Source: an uncultured Pseudomonadota bacterium (GTDB taxonomy: Bacteria > Pseudomonadota > Gammaproteobacteria > Steroidobacterales > Woeseiaceae). From it: a DNA stretch of 32,000 nt. Within the stretch, counting starts at the first letter, position 1. Each line of letters starts with the position of its first letter. Location of the stretch: positions 171,643 through 203,642 of the forward strand of contig CAJXJW010000007.1 of NCBI GenBank assembly GCA_913055625.1. Reading direction: 5' to 3'. The translations under genes were made by a program, and so were the position numbers. This document shows, piece after piece, positions 19,190 through 26,533 of this stretch. Under the pieces are notes generated by a model. That model worked only from the letters and a program-made list of their open reading frames with translations, searched no databases and was not told the origin of the DNA.

Positions 19190-19771
19190 ATGATACGTGA
19201 CGACGAAACCGAATTGATCGAGCGATTTCGAGCGGCGTCGTCGCCCGGTGCGGGCGGCGAGCCCGATTCGCGTTACGCCTTGAGCCATCCGCCGCGCCCG
19301 CCGGGACTGTACTGGAGGTTGCGCTGGTTCGCGGGCCGCGTCGTTCGATGGTTGCGAGCCAGGCGGCTTCTGGCATCGAACCCCTGGCCGGTCAGCCTGA
19401 CGTACGCCGGCTTCGACGCCCGTGCGAAACCGCTGGTCGTCCTGGCAATCGGCACGCACCCGGATGCGCTGGTCGCATCCTGCCGCAAGCTTGCCGGAGT
19501 GCTCCGGTCGTTTCCGGAGTTTGCGCCGGTTCTCGTGACCGACGTGGCGCGCTTCGCGTTCTTTTCGCGGCTCGGCTGGCTCGTGGAGTATCTGCCGGAT
19601 ATCGCCGGGTCCGACGCGGACTACCCGGAGCGCAAGTTCCGCCTGCTTGCGCGTCGCTACCGCGGCGCGCCGATCATTCCGCTGGGTGCGGCGAGCGAGG
19701 CAGCGTTCGACGAATCCGGGCTGCGGGCGTTGTTGATGGCCGGGCCCCGGGGACCGGCGGCGCGGCCCTGA
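19190..19771 (+). CDS. Hypothetical protein, small partner of module copy B (paralog of 16805..17353)
   Basis: 'PLVVLAIGTHPDALVASCRKLAGVLRSFPEFAPVLVTDVARFAFFSRLGWLVEYLPDI' aligns with 'PFVIWAIGADRQRLAQACVGFRRMLQDSPGRVPVLVTDVADFRAFSRLGWLVEYVPRL'. Start set at ATG 19190, because the ORF-track start at 18740 is antisense to the methyltransferase. Confidence 0.55.
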   Translation: MIRDDETELIERFRAASSPGAGGEPDSRYALSHPPRPPGLYWRLRWFAGRVVRWLRARRLLASNPWPVSLTYAGFDARAKPLVVLAIGTHPDALVASCRKLAGVLRSFPEFAPVLVTDVARFAFFSRLGWLVEYLPDIAGSDADYPERKFRLLARRYRGAPIIPLGAASEAAFDESGLRALLMAGPRGPAARP

Positions 19772-19804
19772 GGGCCGGTATCGGCGTCAACGCGTCATGC
19801 CGGG

Positions 19805-20851
19805 CTATCGAAATCGACGCTTCGACCAATTCTCCAGCCACCGTTCGGCCGGTAGGAAGCCGTACTCGGCTGCGACACGCTCGGCATCCGGGCGCAGTTC
19901 CTCCGCGTACCGGGCCCGTTCCTCGGCCGTCAGCGAGAACCGGATTCTGCGGCGGTTCTGGGGGCGAACCGTCCACGCCATCTCGTCGATGCCGAGAAAC
20001 GCGCAGACCTGCTTCATGACCGACCGCGGTTTCCGGCACAACTGGTCGAAATCCACGAGAAGAATGTTCTCGCGCGGGATCCTGGACGCAAAGAGATCGA
20101 GGTGGGCTGCGTAGCGGGAAAGGCGAAGGCAATGCCGAACGCTCCCGGTATCGCCGGTCTTGCCCAGCGTATGAGCCAGATGCGACTCTATCCGGTCCAC
20201 CGGGTCGCGAAGGAGGTAGGCGATCCGCGTTTCGGCTCCGAGGTTTGCAATTCGGGCAGGAACGTTCTTCGTCGCCGGAAGCTTCGCGTAGTTCGGCGAT
20301 ACGTCCAGCGTCCAGGCATGTTTCGCCGGGTCGAAGTCAAAGCGCCAGTCATAGTTCAACGCTGAGTGTGAGTTCCGGTAGAGCCTGGAAAAATAGTTGA
20401 TCTCTTTCGTGAAGCTCTTTCCGGGGACTTCGACGTTCGTGCCGCACAGGGCAGGGTGCTTCGAGAGCATGCGATGCAAGGTTGTCGTTCCGGCCTTCAT
20501 GGCACCGATCACGATGAAGTGGCGGCCGACCGGCTCGATGCCGGGACCGCTGGCCACCGAGAACGCCCGTGCGCCGAGCTCGCCATCGCGTCCCTCCACG
20601 GCGCATTCGATGTGCGTCGCTGCCGGAGGCGTCTTGATGCTAACGTGATCCGTGCGCGGGCCCAGGGCCCGTCGCTCCTCCGCGAGCAGGCGTCGGCGCC
20701 TGAAGTAGCGGACGTACACACTTGAGCCGCGAACGCCGGCGGGGTCGAAGCGAATCTCTACGTGAGCGGCAGCCCTGACGCGGAAACGATTGCTGTCGTT
20801 CAGGGATTCGGTCGCGCTTCGCTGCGGCGACGTACTAGATGTCGAGCTCAT
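19805..20851 (-). CDS. Sulfotransferase (PAPS-dependent family)
   Basis: 5'-phosphosulfate-binding loop 'IVIGAMKAGTTTLHRML' and 3'-phosphate-binding motif 'YLLRDPVDRIESHLAH'. ATG 20851 gives a ~110-aa N-terminal extension and a 17-nt overlap with the upstream ADH gene. In-frame GTG 20557 is a shorter alternative. Confidence 0.8.
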   Translation of the reverse strand: MSSTSSTSPQRSATESLNDSNRFRVRAAAHVEIRFDPAGVRGSSVYVRYFRRRRLLAEERRALGPRTDHVSIKTPPAATHIECAVEGRDGELGARAFSVASGPGIEPVGRHFIVIGAMKAGTTTLHRMLSKHPALCGTNVEVPGKSFTKEINYFSRLYRNSHSALNYDWRFDFDPAKHAWTLDVSPNYAKLPATKNVPARIANLGAETRIAYLLRDPVDRIESHLAHTLGKTGDTGSVRHCLRLSRYAAHLDLFASRIPRENILLVDFDQLCRKPRSVMKQVCAFLGIDEMAWTVRPQNRRRIRFSLTAEERARYAEELRPDAERVAAEYGFLPAERWLENWSKRRFR

Positions 20852-21980
20852 CGAGCGCCTCGGTCACGATGGACCTGACGTCGGCTTCCGTCGCATCGCG
20901 CAGATTGTTCTCTGCACGGCCGGGCGCGAACATCTGATTCGACAACGCGAGGACAGATTCCTTGTCCGGCACAAACCGGGAAACGTGCTTGCTGACGTCG
21001 ATTTTCTCGAACAATGCTGACAGGCCCTCGGCCAGTTCCGAGGGCCGGCGAAACCCGACGCTGCGCGCCAGGTCCTGCAGCCTGCCGTCGTCCGCCGCGG
21101 CATTGAACCTGAGCAGTGCCGGCAGCGTGAAGCTGCAGGCCAGCCCGTGCGGCAGTTCGAAATTCGAGGTCACCGGGTAGGAGATCGCGTGCGCGAGTGC
21201 CGTTCGGCTCTGGCTGATGGCGAGGCCGGCCAGCGTGCTGGCCTGGATCATGGCAGCCCGCGCCTCGATGTTGTCGGGTTGTTCGACGACCCGGGGAAGG
21301 TTGCGGATCGATTGCTGCAGCGACCGGGTGGCGAGTCCGATCGACACCGGCGTGGCATTGCGGTTCCAGCTCGATTCCAATGCATGCGACACCGCATCGA
21401 GGCCCGACGCAACCGTCACGGACTCCGGAAGTCCCAGTGTCAGCTCGGGGTCCAGGATGGCGTGCTGCGGGAAGAGATCATTGGCGGCAAGGGAATGTTT
21501 CTTCTTGCCCGCCCGGTCCCAGACCGTACCGAACGGCGTGACCTCTGCCCCGGTTCCGGCTGTCGTTGGCACAGCGATGACCGGCAGTGCAGGCGATACG
21601 TCGATTCGGCTCGTTCCGGCGAGCAGCGCATCGAGCGCGGTTCCCGCCGGGAGACCGAGCAGCTTTGCAAGCGCCTTGGCCGTGTCGATGACGCTGCCGC
21701 CGCCCACGGCCAGCAGGATGGCCGGGTCCTCGCGGCGTACGCGCTCCGCCTGGGCCTGTATGTCGCGAACGTCGGGGTTCGGTGCGACGTCATCGAGTAC
21801 GGCGACGATTCTTTTCCCGAATGTCTGTTCGAGGTTGTCGACGAGTCCGCGGCGGCGAAAGCCGGCGGAGGTAACCACCAGTACACGCGATTCCTCGACC
21901 AGCCCGGACAGTCGCCTGGCGGCGCCGATATCGAACAGGATCCGGACGGGGTTGTTGTAGGTCCAGGTCTCGTTGCGCAT
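20835..21980 (-). CDS. Iron-containing (group III) alcohol dehydrogenase; by context a phosphonoacetaldehyde reductase (PhpC/FomC-like)
   Basis: 'AVGGGSVIDTAKALAKL' and the metal-binding His-rich region 'LAHAISYPVTSNFELPHGLACS'. It lies directly downstream of ppd in the same operon. Confidence 0.7.
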   Translation of the reverse strand: MRNETWTYNNPVRILFDIGAARRLSGLVEESRVLVVTSAGFRRRGLVDNLEQTFGKRIVAVLDDVAPNPDVRDIQAQAERVRREDPAILLAVGGGSVIDTAKALAKLLGLPAGTALDALLAGTSRIDVSPALPVIAVPTTAGTGAEVTPFGTVWDRAGKKKHSLAANDLFPQHAILDPELTLGLPESVTVASGLDAVSHALESSWNRNATPVSIGLATRSLQQSIRNLPRVVEQPDNIEARAAMIQASTLAGLAISQSRTALAHAISYPVTSNFELPHGLACSFTLPALLRFNAAADDGRLQDLARSVGFRRPSELAEGLSALFEKIDVSKHVSRFVPDKESVLALSNQMFAPGRAENNLRDATEADVRSIVTEALDELDI

Positions 21981-22013
21981 GTTTCGACTGCGTCCCGATC
22001 TCGCCGGCGCGAC

Positions 22014-23138
22014 TCAGAGCCCGAGGCTCTGCATCAGCGCGTCGCGGTTCTCGATGGGCGTCGACTTCGGTCGGCCGAGCTCAGGCCGTGCTCCCTTGTT
22101 GACGACGACTTGCAGCAGGGCCGGTCCGCGTAGCCCGAGCAGCCGTTGCAGCTCGCGCGCAAGTTCCTCTTCGTCCGTGACCGACACGGCCTCGCGATAC
22201 CCGCAGGCCCGCGCGATGGCCGGCACATCGATTTCGTAGCCTACGGTGGGCTGCCCGCCGACCGAATCATGGGCCCCATTATTGATCACGATGTGCAGCA
22301 GGTTGTCGCTGCCTTGCCGGGAGATGATGCCCATGGCGCCCATGTGCATGATCAGCGAACCGTCACCGTCCAGGCAGACGACGCGGCGCGCCGGTTGTGC
22401 GCGTGCCAGTCCCATCGCGATGGACGCCGTGTGTCCCATGCCGCCGACGGTCAGGAAATCATTGCCGGCGGTACCTTTCGCCTGCCGATACTCGTAGACC
22501 TCCCGTGACGCTTTCCCGGTCGTCGAGACGACGACATCCTCATCCCCGAGCCGTTCGAGTACGCACTGGATTGCCGCCTCACGGTTCATCGGGTAGTTCG
22601 TCGCTGACTTCTTGCGCAACTCGTAACGTGCGAACGTGTTCTTGCGCACCAGGAGGGCCACGGGCGCCGCCGCCTCCTTCATCGTGCGGCATGCCTCCGC
22701 CAACACGGTGGTCGCGTCTTCCGCCTCGGCCGGCAAGACGAACCACGGCACCTCCATCGCATCCAGCAGCTCCGTCATTCGGCGTCCTTGCTTGACGTGC
22801 TGGGGCTCGTCCTTCACGCCGGGCTCGCCGCGCCACCCGATCACCATGAGCATCGGGACGCTGTAGACCTCGCGATCCGCGAGGGACAGCAAGGGATTCA
22901 CGGCATTGCCGATACCGGAGTTCTGCATGTACACCACTGCCGGTTTCGCGCTACCCAGGTAGTGCCCCATCGCCAGTGCGACCGCATTGCCTTCGTTTGC
23001 GGCAATCACGTGATCGTCGTCGGGTGCGTTGTCACTGACGTAGGCGCAGAAGTCCTTGAGCAGGGAGTCCGGGACGCCGGTAAAAAAGTCGAAGCCGTTC
23101 TGGCGCAGAAGGTCGTAGATGAGCGCGCTTTCCAGCAT
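22014..23138 (-). CDS. ppd: Phosphonopyruvate decarboxylase (ThDP-dependent)
   Basis: '[34 protein letters not shown]', 'NEGNAVALAMGHYLG', and the ThDP motif 'GDGSLIMHMGAMGIISRQGSDNLLHIVINNGAHDSVGGQ'. The ATG at 23136-23138 overlaps the pepM TGA at 23138-23140. Only the last 374 aa of ORF 22014..24104 are real. Confidence 0.9.
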   Translation of the reverse strand: MLESALIYDLLRQNGFDFFTGVPDSLLKDFCAYVSDNAPDDDHVIAANEGNAVALAMGHYLGSAKPAVVYMQNSGIGNAVNPLLSLADREVYSVPMLMVIGWRGEPGVKDEPQHVKQGRRMTELLDAMEVPWFVLPAEAEDATTVLAEACRTMKEAAAPVALLVRKNTFARYELRKKSATNYPMNREAAIQCVLERLGDEDVVVSTTGKASREVYEYRQAKGTAGNDFLTVGGMGHTASIAMGLARAQPARRVVCLDGDGSLIMHMGAMGIISRQGSDNLLHIVINNGAHDSVGGQPTVGYEIDVPAIARACGYREAVSVTDEEELARELQRLLGLRGPALLQVVVNKGARPELGRPKSTPIENRDALMQSLGL

Positions 23139-24439
23139 CAGCGCGTTCCCGGTATCAGGTCGAGAATTTCCTTGATCGACAGGAGCTGGCTGTCCGCCTC
23201 CGCGGACCGGCCGTTCGTCAGGATCGACTTTGCCGTGCTGACCATTGCCGGGTAGGCGGCACGCAACAACTGGTTCGCGTAGATGACGACGTTGACACCG
23301 TGGTCGATCAACTCGGCTTCCGTGACCTGGTTGTAGGTCGAGGGTACGACGACAAGAGGCACGCGGCGGTCGAACGCCTGGTAGCGATCGCAAAATTCGA
23401 AGATCTCGTCCGGCGTCTTGCTCTTGCTGTGGATCAGGATGCCGTCGGCTCCGGCCTCGATGTATGCCTGTGCCCGGGCTATCGCGTCGTCGAGGCCCTG
23501 TTCGAGGATCAGGCTTTCGATGCGCGCGATGATCATGAAGTCGTCGGTGATCTGCGCGGCCTTGCCGGCCCGGATCTTGCCGCAGAAGTTCTCGATCGAG
23601 TCCTGCTGCTGCGGCACCTCGTTGCCGAAGAGCGAATTCTTTTTCAATCCGACCTTGTCTTCGATGACAGCGGCAGAGACTCCGAGACGCTCGAGTGTCC
23701 TGACCGTGAACTGGAAATGCTCCAGCTTGCCGCCGGTATCCGCGTCGTAGACGATCGGTTTGGTCGTGACTTCCAGGATGTCGTGCAGGGTCTGTGTGCG
23801 CGACGTGACGTCGACGGCCTCGATGTCGGGTTTTCCCTTCGCCGTGGATTCGGTCAGGCTGCTGCCCCACATGCCGTCGAACTCGCGCGGGCCGTTCTTG
23901 CCGTTTGCGGAAATGCTTTCGACGATCAGACCCGTCAGGCCGTTGTGTGCCTCCATTAGCCGAACGAGCGGCTTGACGCGAAGCAGCCGCCGCAACTTGT
24001 TGCGACGCATGTCCGGTGTCGTGCCGATGTCCTTCATGGCTTCGTGCAACTGCGTCGACGAGATGCCCTTCGTGTACGGAATCTCGATAAGCTCGCCGCC
24101 CCATTCAGCGAGCGCGTCGACCACTGCGGCCCGCACGTCGCGCTGGACGCCTTCGCGCCAGTCGTCGCCGTGGACGACGAAATCCGGCTTCAATGCCCGC
24201 AGGTTCGGAACGTAGTCCAGCGTCTCCTGGGGAACGACCCGCTCGACACCTTTCAACTGCTCGACCACTTCCCGGCGTTGCTCGAAGGTCATGTAGGGCA
24301 GGCGCTTGTAGCTCGCGATCGCTTCATCCGTGAGCAGACCGATGGTGACCTGGCCCAGCTTCTGAGCTTCCCTGATGATGTTCAAATGACCGGGATGAAC
24401 CAGGTCTGCGCTCATCGCGACGTACACAAGCTTCGTCAT
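23138..24439 (-). CDS. pepM: Bifunctional protein: N-terminal HIGH-type cytidylyltransferase-like domain fused to phosphoenolpyruvate phosphomutase
   Basis: aa 1-~135: '[21 protein letters not shown]' (HxGH nucleotidyltransferase motif, TagD/ECT-like). aa ~145-433: PEP mutase with the diagnostic '[10 protein letters not shown]' (23633-23662) and 'DADTGG'. The Shine-Dalgarno-like GAGGAAG lies just upstream of ATG 24439. Confidence 0.9.
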   Translation of the reverse strand: MTKLVYVAMSADLVHPGHLNIIREAQKLGQVTIGLLTDEAIASYKRLPYMTFEQRREVVEQLKGVERVVPQETLDYVPNLRALKPDFVVHGDDWREGVQRDVRAAVVDALAEWGGELIEIPYTKGISSTQLHEAMKDIGTTPDMRRNKLRRLLRVKPLVRLMEAHNGLTGLIVESISANGKNGPREFDGMWGSSLTESTAKGKPDIEAVDVTSRTQTLHDILEVTTKPIVYDADTGGKLEHFQFTVRTLERLGVSAAVIEDKVGLKKNSLFGNEVPQQQDSIENFCGKIRAGKAAQITDDFMIIARIESLILEQGLDDAIARAQAYIEAGADGILIHSKSKTPDEIFEFCDRYQAFDRRVPLVVVPSTYNQVTEAELIDHGVNVVIYANQLLRAAYPAMVSTAKSILTNGRSAEADSQLLSIKEILDLIPGTR

Positions 24440-24877
24440 CTACTTCCTCTTCTGCGTTCCGATTGCCCAATGCGTCAGGCCGGCTGCGACGTCCGGCGAA
24501 ACAGGCCCAAAGACAGGGAACGACGCAGGCAGGTTGCCAAGCCGGAGATTCGGGCAGAATGAATCCGAGGGTTTCGGCCGCTGGCGCCGCTGAAACCCGG
24601 CATACAGAAAGGCGGGCGGGTTCGCGATGGTTGCCCGAGACCTCGGCCGACAAGACTGCTGGGTCGTTCCGGCGGGTATTGTATGGCCTGATCGCTTGAA
24701 TCGCCATACCGAGGGCGGTTTCGGCAATGGCTGTATTTCGCGGTGAAATCCGCGCAGGCGGTCGCTCCGCGAAGTCGAATTGGCGGGTAATACAGACCGA
24801 GTTTGATACAATCCCCCGCCGATTAACCGGACCAGGCGCGATGCGACCGGTTCAGCGCCCTGTCTTGCGGCAAGGCA
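24440..24877. promoter_or_regulatory. Divergent intergenic control region between the pepM operon (-) and the Stealth/LicD operon (+)
   Basis: At 438 nt this is the longest non-coding gap in the accessory part. Contents: an imperfect hairpin GGGTTTC(24569-24575)/GAAACCC(24592-24598); a 7-bp inverted repeat GTATGGC(24681-24687)/GCCATAC(24703-24709); an extended -10-like TGaTACAAT (24804-12) about 66 nt upstream of ATG 24878; and GGCGGGT repeated at 24615, 24671 and 24782. Confidence 0.4.
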
Positions 24878-26533
24878 ATGACGTCGCCTGTTGTGAGCTG
24901 CGTGCGCCGCCGACCCGTTCCTGGAGACTGTGTGTTCCGCTCACTGCTCAGCCGATTCGATACGTTGCCGGTCGCAGGCCGCCTTCTGCGGCGCTTCGCG
25001 GCGACAGCCGAAGACGAGGCTGGTCGTCGGGTCGGAGATGCGGACGGGCTGCCGATACGACCTGCCGATCGGCGTGCCGTGTTGCAATCCTTGCTTGCGG
25101 CCAGGTTCCACGACGCCGGAATCGAGTGCCATTGTGCCGATGGAGAATCCGCTGCCTATTGCGCCATCCTCGACAAGGATGTCGATGGTGCTGCCCGGGT
25201 TCTGCAGCGACTGGCCACTGATCTCGGCGTCAACCAGGTCGTCGTCTGGCAGGGCCGGGGGTACGGGTACGGCGCGGAGCAGCTCGCCGAGTCGCTGCAA
25301 CCGGCTGACGTTGCCGGGTCGGACTCACTCGTCGTCGCCGTACCGATCGTCCGGGAACGATTGCGGATCGGACGATCCGGTGGCGTGGAGGTGCTGATCG
25401 TCGGGCGACAGGGGCCGCGCTACGTTGCGCGACGCGACTGGGCGGGCAAGGTCGACTGGACGCAGGAGTTTGCCGGCAGCACCAGTGTGCCGGCGGCTGA
25501 TGGCGAGGCCGCTGCGCGCCCGTCATGCTCGAGGAGGCCCCGGCAGCACGTTCTCGACCGCGAGCCCGTCGATGCCGTCTATACGTGGGTCGATTCCGGC
25601 GATGCGGATTGGCTCGCGGAGATGCAACGCTGGGCATCGCGGGAACGCGGGGGTCTCGAATCTTCCCGCGAGCCAGAGCGATTCGCCGATCGGGATGAAC
25701 TGCGCTATTCGCTGCGTTCGCTATGGCTCTATGCTCCCTTCGTGCGGAACGTCTTCATCGTCACGTCCGGGCAGGTCCCTCGCTGGCTCGATGGCTCGCA
25801 CGACCGGGTTCGTGTCGTGCCGCATCGAGACATTTTCCCTGACCGTCGCGATTTGCCGACGTTCAACTCCCACGCGATCGAGGCGTGCCTGCACCGGATC
25901 GAGGGACTCGCAGAGCATTTCATCTATTTCAACGACGACGTTTTCCTGTTGCGCGAAACCACGCCGGGGACGTTCTTCACCCGGAACGGCCTCGCGAAGA
26001 GCCGGTTCTCAACGCGGGCTGCGATCCCGGCCGTCGAGCCCGGGCCCGAGTCCATCCCGACGGATTGGGCGTCATACAATGCCGCGACGTTCATCGAGAG
26101 AGACTTCGGACTGCGTTTTGACAGGAAGCTCAAACACGTTCCCATGCCCATGAAGAAAAGTGTATTGGCCGACCTGGAAACGCGATATGCCGACGAGTTC
26201 GAGGCGACTCGCCGGGCTAGGTTCCGTTCCAGCAGCGATATCGCCGTGCCGAGCATGCTGGCACATCTGTACGGCATCTGTGCCGGTCAGGCCGTGGAGT
26301 GGCAGCACGTGCCCGGCGAGTACGTTTATGCGGACAGCGGCAGGTCCGATATACGATCGAAACTGGAGCAGATGCTCGAAGGTCCGGCCACGTTCGCCTG
26401 CATCAATTCGACCCGATTCTCCGACGTCTCCACCGAGGAGCAGCGCGACCTGCTCGCCCGCTTTTTCGAGCAGCGGTTCCCGTTCCGTTCTCCGTTCGAG
26501 ATCGAAGGCCGGCGCCCGGGTGCGCAATCGTGA
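24878..26533 (+). CDS. Stealth-family hexose-1-phosphate transferase (capsule phosphotransferase/polymerase-like), copy 1
   Basis: Stealth conserved regions: CR1 'VDAVYTWVDSGDADW' (from 25568), CR2 'DRDELRYSLRSLWLYAPFVRNVFIVTSGQVPRWL' and 'LPTFNSHAIEACLHRIEGLAEHFIYFNDDVFLL'. CR3/CR4-like regions: 'KHVPMPMKKS', 'SSDIAVPSMLAHLYG'. The ~230-aa N-terminal region is unassigned and the start codon is uncertain. Confidence 0.85.
   Translation: MTSPVVSCVRRRPVPGDCVFRSLLSRFDTLPVAGRLLRRFAATAEDEAGRRVGDADGLPIRPADRRAVLQSLLAARFHDAGIECHCADGESAAYCAILDKDVDGAARVLQRLATDLGVNQVVVWQGRGYGYGAEQLAESLQPADVAGSDSLVVAVPIVRERLRIGRSGGVEVLIVGRQGPRYVARRDWAGKVDWTQEFAGSTSVPAADGEAAARPSCSRRPRQHVLDREPVDAVYTWVDSGDADWLAEMQRWASRERGGLESSREPERFADRDELRYSLRSLWLYAPFVRNVFIVTSGQVPRWLDGSHDRVRVVPHRDIFPDRRDLPTFNSHAIEACLHRIEGLAEHFIYFNDDVFLLRETTPGTFFTRNGLAKSRFSTRAAIPAVEPGPESIPTDWASYNAATFIERDFGLRFDRKLKHVPMPMKKSVLADLETRYADEFEATRRARFRSSSDIAVPSMLAHLYGICAGQAVEWQHVPGEYVYADSGRSDIRSKLEQMLEGPATFACINSTRFSDVSTEEQRDLLARFFEQRFPFRSPFEIEGRRPGAQS

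Noticed and set aside
23139-24104. N-terminal 322 aa of the 696-aa ORF 22014..24104
   Set aside because: This part overlaps pepM out of frame and is Arg/Gly/His/Pro-rich with no homology signal. Recognisable phosphonopyruvate decarboxylase sequence begins at '[11 protein letters not shown]' (ATG 23138), which is ATGA-coupled to the pepM stop.
20835-24439. Reading the phosphonate operon as a standard 2-aminoethylphosphonate (ciliatine) pathway
   Set aside because: No aminotransferase-like ORF is present anywhere in the window, and the third gene is an Fe-ADH. I kept the HEP hypothesis but note that a transaminase could lie outside the window.
24440-24811. 123-aa minus-strand ORF filling the pepM-Stealth intergenic region and ending immediately before the pepM ATG
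   Set aside because: It has no motifs, Ser/Pro/Arg-rich composition and no convincing ribosome-binding site. The region is better explained as a divergent promoter/operator region. A leader peptide cannot be strictly excluded.
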